In this document: positions 49,470 to 58,618 of the stretch, piece after piece
Layout of the letters: every line of letters starts with the position of its first letter
Numbering within the stretch: the first letter of the stretch is position 1
Assembly: GCA_963665665.1 (NCBI GenBank)
Contig: OY762428.1
Coordinates: forward strand, 1,440,001-1,504,000
Reading direction: 5' to 3'
Source of the DNA: Candidatus Kapaibacterium sp.
GTDB taxonomy: Bacteria; Bacteroidota; Ignavibacteria; Kapaibacteriales; UBA2268
DNA: 64,000 nucleotides
Position numbers and translations under genes: made by a program
Notes under the pieces: model-generated
Told to the model about the DNA's origin: nothing
What the model saw: the letters and a program-made list of their open reading frames with translations, nothing else
The model's database searches: none

Positions 49470-49733
49470 ATGATTTACAGAAAACCACATCTTTTAGGAT
49501 TCAATAGTGAAACGGCACAACTTTGCCAGGACGGCAGTGGAGCCACTGGAATGGTGAATGTATTTCCAGGAACCCCAACGCATTGCAACAGCGGAAGTAC
49601 TCCTGATGATTCAACTGCAAGCAGTGGATGCAATGACGGAAGCGTTGACAGCAATGCCACTTGGTATAGTTGTCTGTCAGGATCGTTAAATGCATTAAAC
49701 GGCTCTCCTTGCGATAATGGCGGAACTCCTTAG
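49470..49733 (+). CDS. RiPP precursor-like peptide B4 (87 aa)
   Basis: Leader MIYRKPHL. Core CQDG, CNSG, CNDG, CLSG, CDNG. Confidence 0.83.
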   Translation: MIYRKPHLLGFNSETAQLCQDGSGATGMVNVFPGTPTHCNSGSTPDDSTASSGCNDGSVDSNATWYSCLSGSLNALNGSPCDNGGTP

Positions 49734-49798
49734 CATATTTGATAGTAACTCATTTGTAATTGTATGTTGTTTTTAAAACATTGAGAAAGAAATTTAGT

Positions 49799-50053
49799 AT
49801 GATATATTCCAAACCAAATCTTTTTTTTGTAAAGGATAGCTCCTCACAATATTGTTCTGCAGGAACAGCTGCTTCTGGAAGTATTTATAACTCTACTTTA
49901 TGTAATCCTTCCGGCAGCAGTCCAAATGCAACTAGTCCATACGGTGTTTGTACAGATGGTAATACAAATTCATCACCAGCCTACCAGACATGTAATTCCG
50001 GATCAACTGTTTCCGTTTCCGGTTTTGCATGTGACTCAGGAGGAAGTAATTAG
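49799..50053 (+). CDS. RiPP precursor-like peptide B5 (84 aa)
   Basis: Leader MIYSKPNL (ATG 49799). Core CSAG, CNPSG, CTDG, CNSG, CDSG. Confidence 0.83.
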   Translation: MIYSKPNLFFVKDSSSQYCSAGTAASGSIYNSTLCNPSGSSPNATSPYGVCTDGNTNSSPAYQTCNSGSTVSVSGFACDSGGSN

Positions 50054-50056
50054 TTG

Positions 50057-50094
50057 GAATAAATACTCCGAAGCAAACTTCGGTGTATTTATTC
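50057..50094. terminator. Hairpin terminator after B5
   Basis: GAATAAATACTCCGAAG-CAAA-CTTCGGTGTATTTATTC. Confidence 0.65.
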
Positions 50095-50127
50095 AATTAG
50101 ATAAAATTTTATAACCGAATATTTGAT

Positions 50128-50976
50128 TTAATCATAATATTCATAATAAGAAATTATACTGACAGAATCATTTCTTATTATTTCCGTTTTGATTAATTTA
50201 TTTCCCTCGTAAATATTCTTTCCCGTTTGAATAGTTTTTTGCGGTTGATAAGTTGTGTTTTGATAGCTTAGGATTTTTTCTTCATCATTGTATAACAATA
50301 CATTTTCACTATAGAGTAAGGAATCTTTATAAAATTGAGTTTTTACGATTTTATCACCATCATAAATATTCAGATTTTTCCTTTGTTCTTTTCCATTTGC
50401 ATCGGTTGTTATTCTTGATATTTGTTTTTCACCATCAAAAATTGTAACAGTTCTTTGAATCAATGTGCTATCCGGCTTGTAAACTTTTTGAATATTTTCT
50501 TCATCACCGTATTCAGTATAAGTCCTTTTTGTTATTTCACCTTTTTGATTATAATGAACTTTTAATATTTCCCGCCCTTCTGAATCATATTCGTATGTTT
50601 CGTAGAGATATTTTTCCTCTTTTTTATCAAATTGATAGCGTTTAATGATTTTACCATTATCATTATATTCAAAGTCTGAAAAATATTTTGTTTTTTCGTT
50701 TTTTATATTACCGTTATCATAATCGATAGAAGTCATGCCCAACGTGTTGCCTAACGAATCAACTATAAATCTGGTCTCTTTTTTTAAAATATCGGCTGGT
50801 TTATATTTTATCTGCCGTTCAAATTGTCCGGATTCATTCATAAACATAATATCTTTGGAAACTAATTCATCATTTATATAAGTTTCCTGAATTACTTTAC
50901 TGAATTTTGGGATTTCTTTAACAGATGCGCAGCCAATAATGACAGATACAATTAATACAGGAATTATATTTTTCAT
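50128..50976 (-). CDS. Hypothetical lipoprotein with YD-like beta repeats
   Basis: Lipobox IIGC after MKNIIPVLIVSV. Repeats such as EYNDNGK, EYDSEGR, IYDGDK, IYEGNK. Confidence 0.7.
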   Translation of the reverse strand: MKNIIPVLIVSVIIGCASVKEIPKFSKVIQETYINDELVSKDIMFMNESGQFERQIKYKPADILKKETRFIVDSLGNTLGMTSIDYDNGNIKNEKTKYFSDFEYNDNGKIIKRYQFDKKEEKYLYETYEYDSEGREILKVHYNQKGEITKRTYTEYGDEENIQKVYKPDSTLIQRTVTIFDGEKQISRITTDANGKEQRKNLNIYDGDKIVKTQFYKDSLLYSENVLLYNDEEKILSYQNTTYQPQKTIQTGKNIYEGNKLIKTEIIRNDSVSIISYYEYYD

Positions 50977-51083
50977 TTTATACCAAATGTAAATTATTAA
51001 TAACATGGAATTTACTAAATTGTTTTGAGTTATAAAATAATTTTTATATTTTGAAATAATTGTATAATTATTTTTACTGTAAT

Positions 51084-51329
51084 ATGAAATATCGAAAACT
51101 AAACTTGCTTTTTTTAGAGGTTACAGACAAGAATACTTGTGCTGTTGGAAGCAGTGCTTCTTTTAGTCCACTTTGTACTAACGGCCCGGATGTAAATTCC
51201 GGAATGAGTTGCAGTACCGGCCAGACAAACTCCATGACATGCACCATAGGGACTTCTGCAATGGGTACGGGCTGTCAAACGGGTACTGTTTTTGGTACTG
51301 GTTGTGTAAGTGGAACAACAGATACTTAA
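51084..51329 (+). CDS. RiPP precursor-like peptide B6 (81 aa)
   Basis: Leader MKYRKLNL (ATG 51084). Core CAVG, CTNG, CSTG, CTIG, CQTG, CVSG. Confidence 0.82.
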   Translation: MKYRKLNLLFLEVTDKNTCAVGSSASFSPLCTNGPDVNSGMSCSTGQTNSMTCTIGTSAMGTGCQTGTVFGTGCVSGTTDT

Positions 51330-51534
51330 AGTCATTATTTTAAACATTACCAAAATCTTAACTGATATCTTCACAGTATTATATTTTTGGTTCTATAACG
51401 GATAGTGTGGGTAATCAAACTTAAGTTTCCAGGCAATGAATTTTATTATTTTTATAAAATCTTTCCCCACAAAACGCAGATGTCCCACACTTTTTAGGTG
51501 TAGGACATCTTTTTTAATAATGCATATTTTTATC

Positions 51535-51567
51535 AACCTTCCGAAGGTTTGAAACCTTCGGAAGGAT
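51535..51567. repeat. 33-bp palindromic REP-like element, copy 3
   Basis: AACCTTCCGAAGGTTTGAAACCTTCGGAAGGAT. A second palindrome, AGATGTCC...GGACATCT, is adjacent at 51478-51510. Confidence 0.65.
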
Positions 51568-51577
51568 TTTATAACAA

Positions 51578-53089
51578 TTATCCCATCAGCATAGCTACTG
51601 AGTGTTTTGCCCAATTAAGTATTGGGGTAAAATATACACCGAATAATAATGTAGGTATTGCAAGTAAAATTACAAGCGCATAGCCTGGAGCTTCAAACTT
51701 AAACTCTTCTTTCTGATTATCAACGCCACGTACAAACATGTTGCGGAACACTTTTACATAGTAGTAAAGCGATACAACACTGTTTATTACACCAACAACA
51801 GCCAGCCAGATATATCCGGCATCTATAACAGCCGTGAAGATATAAAGTTTACCTATAAAGCCTGCCGTCGGAGGAAGCCCGGTAAGAGATATAAGGAATA
51901 TAACCATACATACGCTTAATGCGGGAGCGCGGTATCCAATCCCGGTATAGTCTTCAATATCTTCGCTGCCAATTTTATTAGCCAGAAGCATTATAACGGT
52001 AAATGCGCCAAGGTTCATAAACAGGTACATCACGAAATAAATGATAACTGCTTCCACCCCTGCGTCCGTCATAACTGTTACGCCCATCAGCATGTATCCG
52101 GCATGAGCTATACTTGAATAGGCAAGCAGCCTTTTCATATTTGTCTGCCATACGGCTACAAGATTACCGAGAGTCATGGAAAGAACAGCCAGGACAGCAA
52201 TAATATTCTTCCAGTCAATATCAGACATCATAGCCCAAACTGCGTCAGTCTGAACCATTCCGTTATCAATAAAGCCTATTTTCAGGAAGCGGATAAGAAC
52301 AGCAAAACCTGCTGCTTTTGATGCAACCGAAAGATAAGCTGTAACTGTTACCGGGGCCCCTTCGTAAACGTCGGGCGTCCAGAAATGGAATGGAACAGCT
52401 GATATTTTATAACCAATACCGGCAATTATCATCAGGCCTGAAAGCAGCAGGGCAAAATTGTTCATATCATTATGCCCGAGAACTATATTCAGGTCGTAAA
52501 GGTTAAGTGTGCCGGTAAGGCCGTATAATATTGATATACCATATATCATGATACCGGATGACACCGCACCGAAGATAACATATTTCAGGGAAGCTTCGCT
52601 TGAGCGTTTTATTTCCTTTGTGTATCCGGCAAGAATGTAGGAAGTGATACTCATAATTTCAAGAGCCAGGTAAATCATGATAAGATTTACGGCCTCGCTT
52701 ATAAGGAACATTCCGAACGTCATACCAAGTATCAATGAGAAGTACTCGCCCATGCTTCTTCCGTCCTTGTACAATTCTTTGGACAGGAAGGAGATAAGGA
52801 CTATGATAAGACTTGATATAAGTATCAAAAACTTAAAGAACTGTCCGAACGGGTCAACCACCAGCATTTTGGAGAAAGTATAACTTTCTTCGCCGGATTG
52901 GCCAAGCAGGAATATGCCTGAAACAACCAGCCCGATAATTGCAATAATACCCGAGATATTCTTCGATTTCTTGAATATCAGGTCGAATATTATTGCTACC
53001 AGGAAGGCAGCAACAAGAGTAAATTCCGGCTTGAACAGGCTAACGCTGTTCTGCAGTTGTGTCAGGAAATTTACGTCTATAGAATTCAT
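51578..53089 (-). CDS. nuoN: NADH-quinone oxidoreductase subunit N
   Basis: EASLKY, KISAVPFHFWTPDVYEGAP, KRLLAYSSIAHAGY. Confidence 0.96.
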   Translation of the reverse strand: MNSIDVNFLTQLQNSVSLFKPEFTLVAAFLVAIIFDLIFKKSKNISGIIAIIGLVVSGIFLLGQSGEESYTFSKMLVVDPFGQFFKFLILISSLIIVLISFLSKELYKDGRSMGEYFSLILGMTFGMFLISEAVNLIMIYLALEIMSITSYILAGYTKEIKRSSEASLKYVIFGAVSSGIMIYGISILYGLTGTLNLYDLNIVLGHNDMNNFALLLSGLMIIAGIGYKISAVPFHFWTPDVYEGAPVTVTAYLSVASKAAGFAVLIRFLKIGFIDNGMVQTDAVWAMMSDIDWKNIIAVLAVLSMTLGNLVAVWQTNMKRLLAYSSIAHAGYMLMGVTVMTDAGVEAVIIYFVMYLFMNLGAFTVIMLLANKIGSEDIEDYTGIGYRAPALSVCMVIFLISLTGLPPTAGFIGKLYIFTAVIDAGYIWLAVVGVINSVVSLYYYVKVFRNMFVRGVDNQKEEFKFEAPGYALVILLAIPTLLFGVYFTPILNWAKHSVAMLMG

Positions 53090-53119
53090 AGAATTATTCA
53101 GACCTTAATTAATTCAAAA

Positions 53120-54757
53120 TTATAATCCGGCTGCAGCAAATCCGCCGCCGATTTTAACGAAATCGATAAGATGATTAACTGATGTTGACATCAGATCAAG
53201 CATCGGGTTCGGGTAAATACCAAGATAAATAATAATAATAGCAAGCGGAATAAGAGCAGTAAGCTCGATACCGTTTATATCATCATGTTTGTATTTTTTT
53301 CCTGTAGGATCCCAGGGGCCTTTCCATTTTTCAGGAAGCTCGCCGAAGAATACTTTCTGTAATGCCCAGAGCATGTAGGCTGCGCCTATGATAATACCAA
53401 GAGCCGAAATCACAGTATAAACCGGATATGTTTTGAATGCACCAAGGAATACAAGAACTTCACTAACAAAACCGCTTAGCCCCGGAAGTCCGATAGCAGC
53501 AAAGAATGCAATAGTCATAATACCTGTATATATCGGCATTTTGTTTGCAAGGCCGCCGAAATCGTCAAGTCCTCTTGTGTGAGCGCGGTCATAAATTACG
53601 CCCACGATCATAAAGAGCATAGCAGTGATAGTACCGTGGTTGAACATCTGGAAGATAGCTCCTACCATACCCTCGCTGTTCATAGCAGCCATACCGAGCA
53701 TAACATAACCCATGTGGCTCACTGATGAATAAGCGATAAGTTTCTTGAAGTCCCTCTTGCCAACTTTGTGCTGCCCAAGAGCACATAACGCACCGTAGAG
53801 AATCGAAACCATACCGATAACGGCAATCAGTTCCTGGAAGTATTCAACTGCATCAGGGAATATCGGCCATGCTATCCTGAGCATACCGTAAGTACCCATC
53901 TTCAGAAGAACACCGGCAAGGATAACGCTTATCGCGGTCGGAGCCTCAACGTGTGCATCCGGAAGCCATGTGTGGAACGGTACAGAAGGCACTTTGATGG
54001 CAAAACCGACAAAGAGCGCCATAAATCCGACGTATCGCCAGGTAGTGGCAAATCCTGCAAATAAGGAATCCGGATTGTAATTTGCCGGATCCATCATCTT
54101 CAGCATATCGAACGAACCTACAGCAAGGTATAGCCCGATAATAACGAGAAGCATGAATACCGAACCTGCAAGAGTGTAAATAAAGAACTTGATGGCTGCG
54201 TATTCTTTTCGCGGGCCGCCCCATATACCTATAAGGAAGTACATCGGGAGCAGCATAAGTTCCCAGAATAAGTAGAAAAGGAAGAAGTCCAGGGCAATGA
54301 AAACGCCCATCATACCGGCATCAAGAAGCAGGTACATGGCGAAATAGCCCTTTGGAGCTTTACTAATACCGAATGATGCAAATGATGCAACAAAGCAAAC
54401 AAGTGCAGTAAGAAGTATCATGGGAGCGCTAAGCCCGTCAATTCCCACGAAATAGTCGATATTAACATCGCCCAGCCCCGGTAGATTTGTTACATGAATC
54501 CAGGATACACGCTCAACAAACTGCATACCTTCCTGTGTATTAATACCTGCAACATCAATATTAAAATTGTTGTAGATAATAACAGCCAGAATTAACTGCA
54601 GGAAAGTAAAGAATACGGTTGTCCACCTGAACAATGTTTTTGAAATTTCTTTACTGCGCTCATCCTTACCCGATGGAATCAGGAGAAGAACAATCATACC
54701 GAAAATCGGCAGGAATGTTATCAGGGTAAGAGGCCCGACACCGAATAATTCAAACAT
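53120..54757 (-). CDS. nuoM: NADH-quinone oxidoreductase subunit M
   Basis: FWELMLLPMY, PFHTWLPDAHVEAPT, LLKMGTYG. Confidence 0.96.
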   Translation of the reverse strand: MFELFGVGPLTLITFLPIFGMIVLLLIPSGKDERSKEISKTLFRWTTVFFTFLQLILAVIIYNNFNIDVAGINTQEGMQFVERVSWIHVTNLPGLGDVNIDYFVGIDGLSAPMILLTALVCFVASFASFGISKAPKGYFAMYLLLDAGMMGVFIALDFFLFYLFWELMLLPMYFLIGIWGGPRKEYAAIKFFIYTLAGSVFMLLVIIGLYLAVGSFDMLKMMDPANYNPDSLFAGFATTWRYVGFMALFVGFAIKVPSVPFHTWLPDAHVEAPTAISVILAGVLLKMGTYGMLRIAWPIFPDAVEYFQELIAVIGMVSILYGALCALGQHKVGKRDFKKLIAYSSVSHMGYVMLGMAAMNSEGMVGAIFQMFNHGTITAMLFMIVGVIYDRAHTRGLDDFGGLANKMPIYTGIMTIAFFAAIGLPGLSGFVSEVLVFLGAFKTYPVYTVISALGIIIGAAYMLWALQKVFFGELPEKWKGPWDPTGKKYKHDDINGIELTALIPLAIIIIYLGIYPNPMLDLMSTSVNHLIDFVKIGGGFAAAGL

Positions 54758-54820
54758 TGATCCTCCAAAATTTAAATATTTCTTTTATTATTTCAATTTC
54801 AAGAGGCATCAGTTCCGGGA

Positions 54821-57025
54821 TTAAAATACCCAGAGAACCAATACCATAATTACCACGATTACCATTATCACGTAAGTCTGAACCTTACCGGTCTGGAACT
54901 TACGGAAAGCAGCGCCGAAGAATCCGACGATATTAGCAAGCAGGTTAACGATACCGTCAATAACAAGTCCGTCGAATTTACCGGATACCCAGCCGATGAA
55001 GCGGGCTATTGTTGCGGCAAAATTCACCAGGCCGTCAATAACTTTATTATCGAACAATGCCATAAATTTTGATATAAGAATGGTACCGCCGATGAAGCTG
55101 TAATGATACATTTCATCTATATACCATTTATTAAGAGAGAATTTATATAATGGCATAATCTGCTTTGCAATATTATCCGGGTTGGCCACTTTGAACTGAT
55201 AGATCGCAAAGGCGATCAGTATCCCCATAGCGGCAAGGAAAATTGATAATCCCATGGCCGGATAGTGTGCGTTATGCAATTCTTCTTCGAATAAAGTGGC
55301 AGCATGATGACCGCCGTGAGCTTCTTCTGCTTCTGCATGATGTGATTCTTCATGAACAGCTTCGTGCCCCTGGGCAGCTTCGCCGTGTCCGTGAGAATGA
55401 ACCCCGGCTGCCTGAGTGTGGTGAGCTTCTTCCAAAGGAAGGAGATGATTCCACTGTAATTCGGCAGGTATAACATTTTCAGGTGTCTTCACAGCTGAAT
55501 GGAACCAACCGGCTCCGGCATTAAACGGGTTTGGAGAATATACAAACCATAATGTCAATACCGAGAGAAGTATCAGTGGAAATACCACAACAAATTTATT
55601 TTCATGCGTTTTAGCGGCAATATCAGTTTTTGGTTTACCGTGGAAAGAAATTATCAGAAGCCTGAACATATAAAATGCCGTCATGGCTGCGGCGCCAAAT
55701 CCCATAATCGGGATAAGCCAGTGGCCGGTAAGTACGCCGAATGCGAATGTACCTGCAAGGATACCGTCCTTACTAAGAAAACCTGACAGGAAGGGCACAC
55801 CTGCAATTGCCATTGTCAATAGCAGAAATGCTCCATAAGTCCAGGGCATTGTTTTTCTCAATCCACCCATATTATTTATATCCTGCGGGTCCATTGAATG
55901 GTTATGAGCCTTGTGCATTGAGTGATGCATAGCGTGAATAACCGAACCTGCAGAAAGGAATAACGCGCCTTTGAACCATGCATGGGTTACAAGGTGCATA
56001 AATCCTGATGTGAAAGCGCCAACCCCAAGCCCCATTACCATGTAGCCAAGCTGGCTGACGGTGGAGTAGGCAAGCACTTTTTTGAAATCGTTTTGTGTTA
56101 AAGCTATTGTGGCGGCCATGAAAGCAGTAATTGCGCCGATATAAGCGATAAATGTAAGCGCATCGCCAGTCATCATCTGGAATACCCTGGCCGTCATGTA
56201 AACACCGGCGGCAACCATTGTTGCAGCATGGATAAGCGCACTCACGGGAGTAGGGCCTTCCATAGCATCAGGAAGCCAGACATGAAGAGGGAACTGGGCC
56301 GACTTACCAATAGCGCCGCAGAATATAAGAATACCTGCAACAGTCATCATTGTTCCGCTGTCGAATGGGAGAATTCCCATACCGATTTTTGCGAAAATAT
56401 CTTCGAACATGAATGACTGGTAAGTAAAGAAGAGTATCATTATACCCGCGAAGAAACCAAAGTCGCCAACCCTGTTGGTAAGAAAAGCTTTCTTACCGGC
56501 ATCGGAGGCTGATTTTTTCTCATACCAGAATCCGATAAGGAGGTATGAACTGAGGCCAACAAGTTCCCAGAATACATACATGAACAAAAAGTTGTTAGCG
56601 ATAACAATACCAAGCATCGAGAATGTAAACAAACTCAGGTATGCATAGTAACGCGTAAAGCGTTTATCGCCGTGCATGTATTCGGTTGAAAATAAGTGAA
56701 CAAGGAAGGATATCATAGTAACCACAACAAGCATAATTGCCGTCAGGTTATCAACCCCGATCCCTACCTGGATACTCAACGTTCCAAGGCTGAACCATTC
56801 AAACCTTTCCAGTACCGGTTTGGCAACTGTTTCAGGGTGATGAATGAATACCTTGCCAATAAAAATTATGATAGAAAGTATCAATCCGATACCAAGAACC
56901 GAAGTACCCGTTACAGAAGAGATCTTATCGCCGAGCCTTTTCCCGAAAAAGATCAGGAAAATGAAGTTCAGCAAAGGCAGCAACAGGACAATCGTTGCGA
57001 TTTGTAATAAGGTATCTTGTGCCAT
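54821..57025 (-). CDS. nuoL: NADH-quinone oxidoreductase subunit L
   Basis: NRVGD, GKSAQFPLHVWLPDAMEGPTPVSALIHAATMV. His-rich insertion. Confidence 0.96.
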   Translation of the reverse strand: MAQDTLLQIATIVLLLPLLNFIFLIFFGKRLGDKISSVTGTSVLGIGLILSIIIFIGKVFIHHPETVAKPVLERFEWFSLGTLSIQVGIGVDNLTAIMLVVVTMISFLVHLFSTEYMHGDKRFTRYYAYLSLFTFSMLGIVIANNFLFMYVFWELVGLSSYLLIGFWYEKKSASDAGKKAFLTNRVGDFGFFAGIMILFFTYQSFMFEDIFAKIGMGILPFDSGTMMTVAGILIFCGAIGKSAQFPLHVWLPDAMEGPTPVSALIHAATMVAAGVYMTARVFQMMTGDALTFIAYIGAITAFMAATIALTQNDFKKVLAYSTVSQLGYMVMGLGVGAFTSGFMHLVTHAWFKGALFLSAGSVIHAMHHSMHKAHNHSMDPQDINNMGGLRKTMPWTYGAFLLLTMAIAGVPFLSGFLSKDGILAGTFAFGVLTGHWLIPIMGFGAAAMTAFYMFRLLIISFHGKPKTDIAAKTHENKFVVVFPLILLSVLTLWFVYSPNPFNAGAGWFHSAVKTPENVIPAELQWNHLLPLEEAHHTQAAGVHSHGHGEAAQGHEAVHEESHHAEAEEAHGGHHAATLFEEELHNAHYPAMGLSIFLAAMGILIAFAIYQFKVANPDNIAKQIMPLYKFSLNKWYIDEMYHYSFIGGTILISKFMALFDNKVIDGLVNFAATIARFIGWVSGKFDGLVIDGIVNLLANIVGFFGAAFRKFQTGKVQTYVIMVIVVIMVLVLWVF

Positions 57026-57082
57026 AATTATTCTTTATACTATCTTTGAATTAATTTGTTCATATTATCCCGGCGCACAGGC

Positions 57083-57391
57083 TTAGTCTTTCATCTTGCT
57101 GACTTCATCCACATTAATGTGGTTGTAGTTCTGATAGATGTTAAGTACGATAGCCAGCGCCACTGCCGCCTCTGCAGCAGCAAGTATTATCACGAAGATG
57201 GTTGCAACGTGCCCCTCGATATTCATCCCGCCGAACTTCGAAAATGCAACGAAGTTAATATTTGCGGAATTAAGTATCAGCTCAAGGCCCATCAGCACCA
57301 TAATAGCATTCTTGCGGGTGACAATACCGAATATGCCAAACACGAAAAGTATGGCGCTTACAAATAAATAGTGTTCTAATCCAATACTCAT
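57083..57391 (-). CDS. nuoK: NADH-quinone oxidoreductase subunit K
   Basis: LMGLELILN, AAAEAAVALA. Confidence 0.95.
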   Translation of the reverse strand: MSIGLEHYLFVSAILFVFGIFGIVTRKNAIMVLMGLELILNSANINFVAFSKFGGMNIEGHVATIFVIILAAAEAAVALAIVLNIYQNYNHINVDEVSKMKD

Positions 57392-57406
57392 GATGTTTCC
57401 CGTAGA

Positions 57407-57910
57407 TTATTTGTTCTTCCTGGCAATTAAAGCTGCACCGATTATAGCTATAAGCAATAGTACAGAAGCTGCCTCGAAAGCAATAAGATAATCAGTTAAT
57501 AAAGCAGTACCGATAGGTTCTATCGTAGCATTCAGGTTTGGCCCCGAAGCCTGGTACCAGTCAACATTGTTAAACATGATAATCAGCATTATCGCCATAG
57601 CAACGGCGACTGCAGCAGTTATCCCGTATTGTATCTTGTTGGTTATCCCGGTCTTGATGTTCACGCTGGTCACTTTCATGGTGAGCATCACACCGAATAT
57701 GATCAGAACAAGAATACCGCCTATGTAGATCATTATCTGTGTAATTGCGATAAAATCAGCATTAAGCAGCACGTAAAGCCCGGCAATCCCGAATAATGTA
57801 AACAACAGCGCGAAGGCAGAGTACATTATATTGCGGGACATCACAACCACAGCGCCTGACAAGATTATCAGTGCCGCGAAAATGTAAAATATTGCATCAA
57901 ATAGTGCCAT
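57407..57910 (-). CDS. nuoJ: NADH-quinone oxidoreductase subunit J
   Basis: QIMIYIGGILVL, FEAASVLLL. Confidence 0.95.
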   Translation of the reverse strand: MALFDAIFYIFAALIILSGAVVVMSRNIMYSAFALLFTLFGIAGLYVLLNADFIAITQIMIYIGGILVLIIFGVMLTMKVTSVNIKTGITNKIQYGITAAVAVAMAIMLIIMFNNVDWYQASGPNLNATIEPIGTALLTDYLIAFEAASVLLLIAIIGAALIARKNK

Positions 57911-57949
57911 AGCTCTTAAATATTATTGTTATTTAAAGAATTATTTCCG

Positions 57950-58576
57950 TTATTTCTTTTCTTCTTCTTTCTTAGCAGCAGCAGCCTTGGCTGCTTTTGC
58001 AGCGGCAGCTTTTTTCTTTTTCTCTGCCTGGAATTTGCCAAACATTTCTGTCTTTTCTTTTATCATTTCATCACTCATAGTTGCAAAGCTGTATTTTAGC
58101 TCTTCGCGGTTATAAGTGGAGTATTCAAATTCAACAGTTGTTTTAATTGCTTCTGTCGGGCATGGCTCGCAGCACAAACCGCAGAAACAGCATTTGGCAA
58201 AATCTATATCATATTTAGTAACCCAAAGCCCTCGCTTACTTCCGTCTTTAAGCGGTGTAGCATCAGGATCACCCGGTACAACTTTTACCGTATCAACGGT
58301 TATACAACTAACGGGACATGCACGTTCGCAGCTGCGGCATCCGTTACAAAGTTCCCAATCAAGGAACAACCTGTTCCTGGAATTCGGAGGCATGTCTCCC
58401 CTGCCGGGATCACCTTCGTACCATGAACGGCTGCCGTCAAATTTTTCTTTTATCGGATGCCAGCGGTCGGGGTACTGCTGAGTAACATTCTTGCGGAAAA
58501 GGTGGTCGAGAGTGATCTTCATACCCACCAAAACCGTGTAAATGCTGTTAAATATATTTTTTATGTATTCGCCCAT
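57950..58576 (-). CDS. nuoI: NADH-quinone oxidoreductase subunit I
   Basis: TQQYP, CNGCRSCERACP, CCFCGLCCEPCP. Confidence 0.93.
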   Translation of the reverse strand: MGEYIKNIFNSIYTVLVGMKITLDHLFRKNVTQQYPDRWHPIKEKFDGSRSWYEGDPGRGDMPPNSRNRLFLDWELCNGCRSCERACPVSCITVDTVKVVPGDPDATPLKDGSKRGLWVTKYDIDFAKCCFCGLCCEPCPTEAIKTTVEFEYSTYNREELKYSFATMSDEMIKEKTEMFGKFQAEKKKKAAAAKAAKAAAAKKEEEKK

Positions 58577-58618
58577 TTATCTTTTCTCCAATTAACTATA
58601 ATTTCACGTTTCCTGATT

